In this document: in pieces, positions 1 to 13,068 of the stretch
How positions within the stretch are numbered: position 1 is the stretch's first letter
How the letters are laid out: the number at the start of each line of letters is the position of its first letter
DNA from: Adineta vaga
Lineage: Eukaryota; Animalia; Rotifera
Length of the DNA: 64,000 bases
Reading direction: 5' to 3'
NCBI GenBank assembly: GCA_021613535.1
Contig: CP075497.1
Span: forward strand, 7,130,001-7,194,000
The notes under the pieces: model-generated
What the model saw: only the letters and a program-made list of their open reading frames with translations
The model's database searches: none
What the model was told of the DNA's origin: nothing
Made by a program: the position numbers and the translations under genes

Positions 1-215
1 TCAATTTGTTATTGTATTCTACATACAAACAATGAATTGCCTAAAAGAACTTGTCGTACATGTAAAAAGAAATTTCATGATGCTTGTTTAGTATGTTTCT
101 TTTTAATGAAAACAATAAGTGAATTTTTAAAATATATTTTCTTCTCGTATTTTAGTTTCGCTGGTTTCGATCATCAAATAAATCGACATGTCCTCATTGC
201 CGTGCGAACTTTTAA
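1..215 (+). CDS. LTN1: E3 ubiquitin ligase listerin, 3' end (C-terminal RING); gene starts before the window
   Basis: Exons 1-90 and 156-215 (intron 91-155, GT..AG) give [49 protein letters not shown], matching the listerin C-terminal RING pattern ([27 protein letters not shown]). Confidence 0.9.
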
Positions 216-354
216 TCTATTGAGTTTTTCGTTGTATTTGATTGCTTTTAGCTTCTATCACTTGTTTTTTTATATAAATGTGTTATACGGAATTTGCTCT
301 CACAGAAAGAAGAAAGACATACAAAAGAAAGTATTCTTTAGTTATAGATAATCA

Positions 355-1660
355 ATGCCGGTCGATAAAGCAAAAGAATCAGCAGCTCTTGCTGCAGTTA
401 ATGAACAAATTAATAATGTAGGTAGAGAAAAGAAAGACGAATGTTTTTTTTTGTCAAAATAAGAATTTGATTTTTCAGAATGTGCATATCATTGGTATTG
501 GATCAGGTTCAACAATTGTTCCAGCAGTACAAAGAATTGGTACGAAGTTAGAATTGTTTGATTTGAAATTTATTTGAAATTTATAGCGGAATTGGTCAAG
601 AAAGACAATCTTGATTTGATTTGTGTTCCGACTTCATTACAAGTGTGTATAGAAATAATTCACCTACACCCACCCTCATCATGAATGATTATCTTCTGAC
701 AGACAGAAGAATACTTAGTGACTATGGTTTAGATATGATTCCTCTAGTTGTCATGTTTTTGCATGTTGTCTGCTGCTATTTCTAGGCAATGCTTAACACA
801 CTCTTCGTATATTGATATAAGAAATGACATGATTATTTGCTTTTCGGAAATTTATAGATTGTTCTTATAATCAGAATGTTTTTTTTTCGTTCTAGGCTCG
901 TGATCTGATACTTTCGCATGGTTTAAAACTAGGTAGTCTTGTTGAATATCAAGAAGTAAGTATTCTACTTTCAATCCTCTTCTTTTGATTTGTACTCTTT
1001 TCTTTAGCTTGATCTTGCTATTGATGGTGCAGATGAAGTTGATGAACAATTCAACTGTATAAAAGGAGGTGGTGGATGTCAAACACAAGAAAAACTTGTT
1101 GCTATTTGTGCAAAGAAATTTATCGTTGTTGCTGATGAAAAGTAAACGAAATCAATAAATATCCATTGTTCTTTGAAACAAAATACTTTTCACTATCAAT
1201 TAGAAAATGGTCAACAAATCTTGGTGATAAATGGAAAAAAGGTATACCACTTGAAGTTCTTCCAATAGCTTATAAAATTACAAAAAAAGAAATTGAAAAA
1301 CAACTTGGTGGTGAAGTTGTTGTTCGTGAAGGAACTGAAAAAATAGTAAGATTGATATGATTTACATTTAATTTACAAGAAAAACTAATTTATTAGGGTC
1401 CAGTATTAACAGATCAAGGCAATTTTATTCTTGATTGGAAATTTGATTCTTCAAAAGTTTCAAATTGGTCGGATATAAATCAAAAGTTAAAATTAATTCC
1501 TGGTAACCTATTTCATTCTATTTATTTATCCACTGTATCTATCTTCTTTTCAGGTGTCGTCGAAACTGGTTTATTTATCAATATGATTTCAAAAGCATAT
1601 TTTGGTAACAGTGAAGGCAATGTTCAAGTCAAAACAAATTCAGCAATAGTTTCTGCATAA
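355..1660 (+). CDS. RPIA: Ribose-5-phosphate isomerase A, multi-exon
   Basis: Spliced exons contain [57 protein letters not shown] and [10 protein letters not shown], all RpiA motifs. ATG 355, TAA 1658-1660. Confidence 0.95.
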
Positions 1661-1743
1661 TTTTGTTTTCATATTTTTCTTGTGTTCGGTGAAAATGATC
1701 TTGTAGTGTTTAGATTTCTTTTTCAGATAAGATTCTATTCGAA

Positions 1744-3087
1744 ATGTCAGAACATCCCTTATTAAATCCACCAACTGATGGAATTACAGCGGTGCATTTC
1801 TCACCGAATAATCAAAGCCAATTTTTACTCGCTTCATCCTGGGATGCTTCAGTTCGGTAAGTTTCTCTTCCTATTGTTTAAATGATGCAAGTATTTCTGT
1901 TCTGTAGTTTATATGATGTTAATCAACATACATTTCGTCAAATGTATAAACATGCAGCTCCAGTATTAGATTGTTGCTTTATAGTAGGTTTTGTTTTTTT
2001 CTTTTGAAATCTAAATTTTTCTGAGAAAACGAATGTTTTTCGTAGGATTCTACGCGGACAGTTAGCGGTGGTTTAGATCGCCTTTTGAAAATGTTTGACT
2101 TCAATACACAACAAGGTAAAAATCATTCATCTGAAACGATAATGAGTAAACGTCCAGTCTAATTTTATTTCTAAGAAACCGTCATGGGTTATCATGATAA
2201 TGCAATACGGTGTGTACATTATTCACCTGAAATTAATATTCTTATCACTGGTTCATGGGATTCAACACTTAAATTTTGGGATTCACGTGTACCTAATTGT
2301 ATTGGTACCTGTTCATTACCTGACAAAGTAGATTCATTTTGAAAAATAAGAAAGAAAGAAAGAAAGATTTAACATTTCTTTTCTATCTATAGATTTATAC
2401 ATTAGATAGTGTTAGTGAATTACTTGTTGTCGGTACTGCACAACGTAAAGTATCAGTTTGGGATTTACGTAAAATAAGTACTAATACACCGATTGAAAAT
2501 CGTGAATCAAATTTAAAATATCAAACACGCTGTATTCGTTGTTTTCCTAATAAACAAGGTTATGTTCTTAGTTCAATTGAAGGTATCTATCTAATATCAT
2601 TTACTGGATTTTTCAATATTTATTCTTGATATCAATTAGGTCGCGTTGCTGTGGAATTTTTTGATGCAAATCCTGAGATTCAAAAGAAAAAATATGCATT
2701 TAAATGCCATCGTGCAAAAGAAGGTGCTATTGAAAATATATTTCCTGTGAATGCGATTGCTTTTCATAAACAATATGGAACATTTGCAACTGGTGGATCC
2801 GATGCATTTGTTAACATGTGGGATGGTGCCAATAAAAAACGTTTATGTCAATTTCATCAGTATAATATTTTCTTAATTTAATTCTCGATAGTAATTTTTC
2901 GTTTCTCTTATGTAGATATCCAGCTGGTATTACAAGTTTGGCTTTTTCACCTGAAGGAAATATGCTTGCCATCGCTTCATCCTATAACTATGAATATGGT
3001 GCTGATCCACAACAAGCACCAAATGATATTACAAAAAATAATATTTTTGTTCGTCGTGTATCTGATTTAGAGACTAAACCAAAATAA
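1744..3087 (+). CDS. BUB3: Mitotic checkpoint WD40 protein BUB3, multi-exon
   Basis: [91 protein letters not shown]. Confidence 0.95.
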
Positions 3088-3158
3088 AAAATTGTTGTTG
3101 TTGTTATTGTTATTCTCTAGGATAAAGAAAAAAAAATGTGAATGTATATATTCTTTAG

Positions 3159-3694
3159 ATGGTTGACGAAACACTTTTTGATTATCTTCATATGTCCGTT
3201 GTTGAATATTATTTCAATGAAAACGAGAATGACGTCGATTCATCAGTGTTATGTTTATCACAAATAGGTAAAACTATTGTCTTTTATTTACGTTGTTTAC
3301 TATATATCATTCGATAGGTTATCGAGTTGGTTATTCACTTAGTGAACGGCTTTCCAGAGAAAATCCTCGATATCGAGATGAATTAGATACAATTAAATAT
3401 TTGTGTAAAGAACTTTGGATTTGTTTGTTCAAAAAACAAGTGGATAATCTACGTACAAATCATCAAGGTGTCTACGTCATTCATGATGGACGTTTTCGTT
3501 TATTACAACAAACACTTTTAACAATGAGTAAACCGATCGATGCTACTAATCGATTACATACATTGTATATAGCATATTCAACGGGTTTAATACGTGGTAT
3601 TCTAACAAATATGGGATATCCATGTCGTGTTACAGCAGAAATTGCAGATTTTGGCGTGAAATTTCAAATTGACATGACATTAACCAGTGGATAA
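3159..3694 (+). CDS. TRAPPC6: Trafficking protein particle complex subunit 6 (Bet3 fold)
   Basis: MVDETLFDYLH, short intron, then GYRVGYSLSERL..DELDTIKYLCKELW..FKKQVDNLRTNHQGVYVIHD..GLIRGILTNMG. Confidence 0.92.
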
Positions 3695-4038
3695 AATAAG
3701 AACAGAACGTTTTCTTTTTATTTGATTTTTCCGAAATTAAATTATTGATAGTGAAAAATTTTGATTCTATATAGTAAATTTGATTGAATATATCATAAGA
3801 ATACATGTTAGTGTCATCTATCGAAGATAAGTCTTTTTTGCTTTTGAATTTTCATTAAGTCCTAGTTTTGATTCAATGGAAAATTTATTAACAAGAAAAT
3901 GATGTTTTAAAACAAAATTATCTTTATAAGATTATATATGACTAGACGAATATGAAATTTTCTTTCTCATTTCTCGGTTCAGTTTCATATAAATATCTTT
4001 CTTTTTTCAATCGGTCTGAAAATTTATTCTATCATATA

Positions 4039-4987
4039 ATGACGTCATCCATCTCTAAGAATCGTTGTAAACTTTTAGTTCTTGATCTCGATGTCAACCA
4101 AATCAGTATTGAAGCTTTACGTAAATATTTCACTGCCTATGGACCAGTTGAATGGATTCAACTCTTTCCAGAATCGACCTCTGCTATGATCTATTTTGTT
4201 AGTTATCAAACTGTTGATAATTTAATTACTCATCGAACATGTTCTATTGGTCAAAATCTTGTTCGATTACGTCGATTTCGACTTGATCAAAATAATTGGC
4301 ATATTGATTCTCATACTTTATATATAAAATTCAATTCAAATCATATATTAACAGAAGAATGTTTACATTATTGTTTTCGAGATTATCAATGTCAAATAAC
4401 AAAAATCGATATGCTTTACGATAATCAAGCATTGATTTCATTTTCAAATTATGATTATGTTGATCAAATTCTTCTTATGCCAATAAATACATTTCAAATT
4501 GATAATACTCCACTGGTCTTCGAACGAATGATGGAAAAGATTAAGAAAAAATCTCGTTGGGATCAAACATCAACTCCATTAGCATCGGTACCAGTTTTAG
4601 CTGTTCGAGATCCTCTCACTCATAAATTAATTAATCATATTGAATATTTAACAAAACAACTTCGAGGTATAAAACTTCTTTATTTAGTTTAATAATAATT
4701 AATCAAAGGTACATTCTTGTTTTTTTTAAGAACAACCAAGTCAAACTGAAAATAAAATTAATCGACTTGAAGTTGAAGTTTTTAAATTGAAGAATGAAAA
4801 TGCTAAATTAAAATCCAAACAGAATGTAGTATCTCACCATACTATTGAACAACGTTTAATGACATTAGAAGATATTTCTAATCGATTGATTAATAATCAA
4901 TATCATCAGAAAAATCGACGAGAACGAAGTTACAGTAAAGAAAAATCATCGAAACGTCGACGAAAATATAAAATTAATGATGATTAA
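4039..4987 (+). CDS. Divergent two-RRM protein with ULM-like KKKSRWDQ motif, coiled coil and basic Arg/Ser tail
   Basis: Exon 4039-4667 (LRKYFTAYGPVEWI..AMIYF; ALISFSNYDYVDQIL), intron 4668-4730, exon 4731-4987. Confidence 0.7.
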
Positions 4988-5407
4988 TAATGAATCTAGT
5001 TTTTTGTTAGATATGTATATATCGATATTTAAAATATTTATTTATTTTTCTTTCTTTCTTGTGAATGAACTCGTGCATTTAATATTCGATTGAGTAGTTT
5101 GTTTTTTATATATATTTAAATGTTCAATGGACTATTTCATATAATAAATTAAATATCTATTATAGATAAGAAAATGTAGGATATTGAGTAAAAGTGTGTT
5201 CATTCAAAGTACTAAGATCACACCATAATATTTTTTGTTTACTCAATATCGTCACACTTGATTGATGACGTTGATTCAGATAATGAATAGATATGTTTGT
5301 ATTTATTGACGTAACTAACGTGATATAAACGCCTACCTTTGTTAATAATTACGTATGAGTAATTTTTTTCTCGAAAACCTATTACTCAGTACAGCTAAAA
5401 CCTAAGG

Positions 5408-5415
5408 TATAAAAG
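5408..5415 (+). promoter_or_regulatory. TATA box of the Gly/Tyr-rich peptide gene
   Basis: TATAAAAG about 150 nt upstream of ATG 5557, followed by a 5'UTR intron (GTAAGT 5477 to TTTAG 5538); TGACGT elements near 5266 and 5307. Confidence 0.5.
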
Positions 5416-5556
5416 AAGCAAATGATTCGTTTAGTTTTCATTCGATTCACAAAAACAAGTTTTCTTTTCAAAACAAGTAAGTGTAAATAGAAGCATAAAA
5501 GGAAAACATTTCATCTATATTTCGACTTATTTCTTTAGTTCAAATTTACATATACA

Positions 5557-5781
5557 ATGGGTTGGAGTAGCGATAATCTCTTCCGTGGATACGGTGGATA
5601 CGGAGGAATGGGTGGACACCATCATGGTCACTTTGGAGGATTTCCCATGGGAGGATATGGTGGTGGTTATGGAGGAGGATATGGTGGTGGATTTGGAGGA
5701 GGATATCCAATGGGTGGTGGATATGGTGGATATCCCATGGGAGGTTATGGCAGTGGTTATGGATACGGCTATGGTTGGTAA
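5557..5781 (+). CDS. 74-aa Gly/Tyr-rich low-complexity peptide (GGYG / YPMGG repeats), no signal peptide
   Basis: Intact ORF with GGT/GGA codon bias, upstream TATA box and 5'UTR intron, AATAAA about 45 nt after the stop. Confidence 0.8.
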   Translation: MGWSSDNLFRGYGGYGGMGGHHHGHFGGFPMGGYGGGYGGGYGGGFGGGYPMGGGYGGYPMGGYGSGYGYGYGW

Positions 5782-8700
5782 AAACCAAAGTGATTTACAT
5801 AAATATTTTGTATAATTTTTTTCATAAATAAATATATCATGCCTTCTAAGGCAATGCATTAAACAATCTCTACTGTTAAGGTGTAAATTGAATTATCCAC
5901 GAGTGAAAATCTCTCTATAGATAGAGTTTGATCATAATAAATATTATGGTTGTTCTATTTTATCAATAATTGATAGTTGATGTCTGAGACGATTGTTAAT
6001 AATTCATTCGCCTAGTGCAAACTTTATTTCACTATTGATTTGCTTTTATAGCTATAAATGCGCATAAATATTTGATTAATATTCATTCATAGAGTCTATC
6101 GATAGAAAAGTTCATGAGAACAGTATAACTCTAATCAGATTATAGTACAATCGTATTTATTTTTATTTCGAAGAAAAGTAGAACAAGTTTCAATTTATTT
6201 TTTTTCCAATCTGATCTAATTGACACATTGTAATCCGTTTGTCTCATAAGTTGATATGTAATAATACGAATTATGAAACATGGAGAAGAAAGAGATCAGA
6301 TTCTTTTTAATTTGTACAGAAAGTTAAATAATGACAAACGACTTCTTGACTACTTATTATTTCATCTATCAGAAATAATCAAAAATAAGAAACAATTAAT
6401 GACTATAGACACGCCATTATTTATTATTATATATGTCTATTGCATGTTTGCTGATCATTTTCGATGAAAAATAGAACGACAATCTTTTTCTGTTAGAAAA
6501 AAAAAGACAGAAAATGTTCAAGGGAAAAAAAACAAGATCTATCTATTATCCTTGATAGAATTTAAGTATACATGGTTGATTATCATTCATAGTTACTCTC
6601 TTAGAATCGATCGTGCAATCGATTTAGTATTTGCAAAATAAGGTACTCATTGCTTCAATCTTCAAACGATCTGTCTTTCGCCTCGTTCGTTCCCGGTTAA
6701 TCAAATTTGTCTTTTTTTTTCGGTAGTCTAGTGATCGATCGTGCTATACTGCTAGTTCTTATTCCACGGAACACATGCAACACGATTATCGCATTAACAC
6801 ACATAGACAAGGCTTACATCTCGCGGGAATACTATGTTTCACTCTTTCTCTCTCTCTCTCTTTCTTATGCTTCTGCTCACACAATCGCCGTCATTGTCGT
6901 AATACTGTTATTCGCCGTCAATCTGTAAGCACATGCGTGCGTGCATACTCTATTTTCTTTCCATTTAACTCCAGGAGAACCTATTGTTAGCAATTGGAAT
7001 AGCAATAAGACACCTGACTGACTAACTGGTAAGTCTATCAAATGGAAATTAGCTTCGGTCAAACTTCAAACGAATGATCATACGCACGCACAATATAGAA
7101 TAAATATTGATCTTTTCCGTCTTACTTAGCAGACTAGCTAGTAAGTTAGCTACGATTGCTTTGTTCAATCAACCTAAAGAAAAAAAAGAACATAATGTCG
7201 ACTGTATTTATGTCTGAAATATGCAAATCGAATTAAATATAGGCGAATGATGGAGGAAAGAAGAAATATATGGACACACACATATAGTTCAACTTTCAGT
7301 TGTGTAGAATAGTATCCTCGTATTATGTTTAATAGCTTTAGGGTACAGAAATAGTTGAGCGTATAGGAGGAGTTGTTGTTTTGATTGCATTGTAAATATT
7401 AGATTTTTGTTCTTTCTCGAGTATTTGAATCTATTGTAACAAAACGAAGTGTCATAAAAATTTCTTCTTCTCAATAAGAACTAATTGATGACGAAAAAAT
7501 TAGCATCGCAAATCATTAGGATTGCATTCGCTAATTGACCAAAACCAGTCGTTCGTCGCTGTTCAGTGAATTAGTTCGTTGTTTCAATTCCATATAATAT
7601 AATCATTATCCCTGCTGTTTCTATCCTATTTGATCAATCATTATTTTGTCGTAGGCGGGAGAAGTACACACTTATTAAATTAGAGAAGATGTTTTCTTTT
7701 TCCTTCGCTTTTCCCCCTTTCTCTCTGATGCGCATCATTGTTAGCTAGTTTTAAATGCAAATTTACTATTATTCAAATTATTTTTTGATATCAAACGTGT
7801 CAAGTGTATATGTATATATGAAAGTGTTAATGAAGCACCTTTCGCTTGCCCGCATGCACACGCTCAGATCATCGATCATCACACAGGACAATTTCCGATT
7901 GATTGTCGCCAACAGCACTTGAAAATGTGTGCATTCACATTCATAAAGACAATGAATAAAGGTCATTTGAAGCCTAAATAACATCACACTTTGAAAAGAA
8001 AGAGAACGAGAGAAAATGAGTATGAGACAAACAACTTCCTTTCTCTCGGTTTTTTTCTTTCTTTCTTCGCTTACGAATCTACAGATGGACATTCGCACAT
8101 ACTCATGCATGGCCTCAAGGTTAGTTATCAACGTACATAATAAAGGAAATGATGGTGTTTTAATCAATATCTTTCGCATTGTTGATTAACTTGATCTTTT
8201 TTTCTTTTTGTTTCATTGACAAAGAAGAAAAAAAGATATGCGTTCAAGCGATAAACGACCAAGTGACGTCAGCTGGCGTTCATGCAAGAGATTCAACTAG
8301 ATAAAGATCAGACAAATGAGCTAAATAACTAAGTAAGTAAGTAGTATATTAGTGAAAGGCGAATAGTCATACTATTTTTATTTCTCTCTCTTGTTCAATG
8401 TGATATAGACATGCAATGAAAAATGAGATTTTGTTCTCAATAACGGATGCCACTGTTGAATCGTATGACTGAACATCACCTTTTATATATATATATAAAG
8501 ATAAGCGTCTATCCTAGTTATATGTATGTTGTTTGAAAATTGATCATATTTCTCGCGAGACGACATTGTCTGTCTAAATAAACTCTATCCCTCTCTATAC
8601 ATGCAAACGAAAGTCTCACATCGTATATACAATTTTTAACTTGATTGGCATTCTTTACTCTTTCGGTTATAGGCATATTTCTCTCTTTACTCTCTCACTC

Positions 8701-10833
8701 ACTCTTTCGATGGTCAATTTCGAAAAGTATAATGAAATGAAAATAGTAAGCGAGACAGAGAAGAAAAAATAAGGAGAGTGTAACAATCCCGATCATTCAT
8801 TCATCACAGTAGTATAAAAATTAAATGACATGTCATGAAGGTAAGAGAAGAAGGCGAACGAATGATGATTATGATCATCTCGTTGACAAGAAGTCACAGC
8901 TGGAAGATGAAACGACCGGAGGGTAACAATGATTGATATTATCAATTCGTTAGAAAAATGAAGTTATTGTAAAAAACAATGAGAGACAATGTACTGCTGT
9001 AAAAATACTCTTCGTTTCTTCTCAATGATGATGATGATGGTGATGTTTATTCTGTATGAGAGAAGAGAAAAGATGACAAAGCAAGAAAAGTTAGAAGAAG
9101 AATAATATTAAAGAAACAGAAGCCTCATAAATTATCGATTGTGCTAGTTCAACTAAAGATTCTTCCGTACATTTCCATCTACTTTCCACACTGTTAAGAA
9201 CACTTATTTTTTTATGATCTATTCACGATGCATGCTTTGAAATGATTTATCAAAGCTGTTTCTCATCTGTCTCTGATCTTTTCCACACATTGGTGTCATC
9301 AGAGACATTTAATGTCTTTCTGTTATATGCACTGTTTGGCGCCACTATGCCACATAGATAGATTCAAAATGGGAATATGTGTTTATTTGATTTTTTCTGT
9401 TTATTGAGAATAAGGGTAGAGACATTTGAAACGGTACATAATAAAAATAGGAAGGTGTGATCCATATGGTTAATTCATCTTTATTCTTGACCACCTGTTC
9501 ATTTGTCCGAGAAGAAGAAGAAGAAGAACATTGATTATATAATCCCATTTGGTTCGGTCTGATAGTCAATTGTGGACAGAAGAGAACGAGAGAGAGAGAG
9601 AAGAGAGAGATTTCTTTTTATTTCCCTTCTCTATTTCTTCAGTGGTCATTTATCATTTGTCATTCTCTTCTGTTATTGTCCATAAATACTAAACGTCGTC
9701 TCAAGTAGTATTCACGTGTATGTATTTATATGTATATATATATATATCGTTTGAGTAAAGGTCGACGTCATTCTATTGTTTGCAATATTGAACATTGTTT
9801 TCATTTTTATTATCTTTGTCCTTGTACTTGTACTTATTGATTTGCCTTGGGAGTGTGCTGTAGTTAACAGTTTTTTTTATTTTCTTTCTCTCTCTCTCCA
9901 TGGAACAATACTGTTTGCTACTTGATACTCTCATTCACAATAGGTATGACCTCAAAGAATAATATTATGGATAGAAATATGAAGAAATGATTGACCGAGC
10001 AGCTGTACCTTCAGGGTCAACGATACAATCGTCATGAGTCAATCAGCAGCTCGTTTTATCTTTTTTTTCCTATAATAGAACTACTGTCGAGAGTTAATGG
10101 ATAATGATGGTACTAGTATTAAAAGAAAACGAAGAAAGATAGATAGACAAGGATAAAAGAGTACAATCTTCTACACACAAATTACAGGCTCCTGTCGGAC
10201 AGACATAGAAAGATAGTAGTCAAAGATATGCAATTATCCATTTCCAGTCGAACCAAGTCGACCTTCACACACACGTATGCGAGCAACCATCAGTGAATCG
10301 TAGGAGTGCTGACATATACAATGAGAGATGATGGATGAGTTTGAGGGACGAACCACTTTCGCCAATAGTCTTTATCTATCTATGTATCTCTATATATATA
10401 TTTAGTTCTATAACAATAGTATTGTATTTTATCGAAGGTAAGTAAACATAAACCAGAGACTATGTTTAGTTGTGTCATGTATAGAAAGAGTAATAGAATC
10501 CTGATCGCTATCATCATTTTTTTCCTTTATTGCATAATGATGTTTTTCTTTATTATCATTCCAACATAACAGTTGCCAGAAGAGAATAACTGAAGCCAAA
10601 TGAATTGATCTTCCTTTTTTTTATATTTGGTTTGAATCCATTGGTATATGTATGAAGTAATAATCACACTAATAGGAAGAAAAAACTCCGCCCGCTTTTT
10701 CTTTGTTATACATTTAGAAGAGATCAAGTTGCCAATAAATACTTGATATCTATTTTAACACGTACTCCGATGATTATTTGTTTGATAAACATCTTTTCTA
10801 CATTACTCAATCCTCTTTTTTTAGATTAATAAA

Positions 10834-11801
10834 ATGACTATACGTATATTTTTATTAAATACTATTTTATTCATCTCGCTATGGCAAATCAAACAATTAT
10901 CAGCCGAAACTGTCAGTGGTTGTACAATAAATAATAATAATCGACGAAATAATAACGATAAAACATCCGTGACATTAACTTGTCCAAATAATGGCTATAT
11001 TCTTGTTCGAAATTTAACATTTGGCGTACATAAAACTTCGTCATTAGCAGCTACACCAACAGCATCTTCTTCTTCTTCTTGTACATATCAACAAGGAGAT
11101 TGTACAACAAGAACAACCTATATTGGAATGGAATGCAATGGTCTAACAACATGTGATCTAGATTTAAATCCGCAATATTTACATATATGTAAATATGAAT
11201 AAATATACGACTTTCTAATTATTTCTAATTATTTTGTTCTATTCATAGGTAGTCAATACAGTGATTACATGGTTCTTGATTATTCATGTTTACAAGGGTC
11301 AAGTTTATCTGTTTGTGATAATCGACTAATATCAACATCATTACATAAAGATCATCGTCTATTTCTTCGTAGTCCAAATTATCCACATGAATATGAGAAT
11401 TCTCTCAATTGTTCATGTCAAATTCAAACAAAAAAATCTCAAATAAACTTTCTTGATTTTTATCTCGAAGAACGTGATGAAATGAACATATGTTCACGAG
11501 ATTATTTACAGATTGACAATCGATCTTATTGTGGTTCAGCAGTCGATGAAAATAATCAAATTAAATCATCGATTAATCTCGATTCATCATTTCAATTGAT
11601 CTTTAAAACAAATGATGTAATTACAAGAAAAGGTTTTTGGTTAATGATTAATAGTGAACAACCCTTACAAGTTTCATGTAATAATCTCATTGAATCGTCA
11701 TCTACAATACCGACAACAATACTTACCAGTACAGCTACCACTCTTCAATATTCAACGTCAACAACATTCATTCCTCCGACTGAAACATCCATTTTAAATT
11801 T

Positions 11802-11834
<33 letters not shown>

Positions 11835-12570
11835 ACGTCGTCATACACTTTCATATATTCTTATATTAACCATCATTTTCGTTGTCGTTCTTCTTCTATT
11901 AAATCTTCTTTTAATTATTCTTTGTTGGCGACAACGACGTTCAAAACCTGCCATTGATTCCAAAATAAATGATACTAATCGTCCATTTTTTTGTTCTATA
12001 CGTTCTTCAGGATCATCTTCATCTACGGTAACATACGGTGAAACACCAGTATTAACATCACTTGATGCACAAAAACAACAAACATTATCTTCAAGATATA
12101 TCTTTCAACCGAATCATCAGCATCTCGACACAACACCATCGACATCAACTACAACAGCAACGGGTCCATATGAAGATCTAAATGATTCTTCCGTGACATT
12201 ACAACGACAATCAATTAAACCAAAAACATCTGATAATCATTCATTATATATGCAACATGGACCAATGTTTTCATCTCCTAATACTGCTTATAATCGAATG
12301 GTTCATTTTCCACCAGCGCCAATTCGTTGTCAATTTAGTTCACCAATACAAACATTCTATCCACCTCAACCGTTTCTTGATACACAACACATTTATGAAA
12401 CGATTCAGGATGGACAATGTCCATATCAACGTTTAGCAGCAACACTTCGTCGCCAACAACATCCACCACAATGTACATGTTCTTATGATCATAATGGACA
12501 ACAATATTCGATAAGGACTTGTGATGGAGGCAAACTACATATTGAATCTACTCCTGAAACTCTAGTCTGA
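10834..12570 (+). CDS. Type I membrane protein: signal peptide, SUEL/galactose-lectin-like domain, CUB domain, Ser/Thr stalk, TM, cytoplasmic tail
   Basis: LTCPNNGYILVRNLTFG..CNGLTTCDL..C..YSDYMVLDYSC (SUEL-like); LRSPNYPHEYENSLNCSC..FLDFYLEE..CSRDYL..LIFKTNDVITRKGF (CUB); hydrophobic TM; tail ends ETLV. One short intron at about 11189-11248. Confidence 0.8.
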
Positions 12571-13068
12571 TAAGAAGTAGAAGAGATCTGAAACGAGTTC
12601 ATTTATCTTGCCATGTTTTAATATTTTTTTTCGTTATTGTCTTTATTTGTGTGATGAAATGAAAAGATAACAAAACATTTTCTATCTAAACAAATACTTT
12701 GCATAGCAATTATATGAGATGCTTATAAAGAATGAACAATTTTTACTCATTACAATCGACTCAATAGTATTGTAACATAACACATCTGCTTGATCATTAT
12801 TCATCGAATTTCTAGTCTATTGGTTTATAAAGAATTCTTTGTTCATCAAACGATCTGTACAAAAAATTTATATTTCACATTATATAAATCATTGTCTGAG
12901 ATAATTAACTGTTGAAATGCAAACATCTCTGACTTAAAATAGGACAATTGTATTGAAACATCCAATATATTCTTTGCAGAAGAATTATAATAAGATCGAT
13001 CTATGAAAATTTATTTTACCGTTTCTATTAATATATTTCTGATCCAAAAAATCTGGAAAAACTATATT

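Noticed and set aside
5527-5859. Three alternative-frame and antisense ORFs over the Gly-rich gene (His-rich, Thr/Ser-rich, Val/Asp-rich)
   Set aside because: Shadows of the repetitive GGN/TAT codons; TATA, intron and polyA signals fit only the Gly/Tyr frame.
6273-10727. Many 60-130 aa ORFs upstream of the CUB receptor
   Set aside because: Low-complexity F/L/I/K-rich translations on both strands with no motifs or consistent exon chain; expected by chance in AT-rich DNA.
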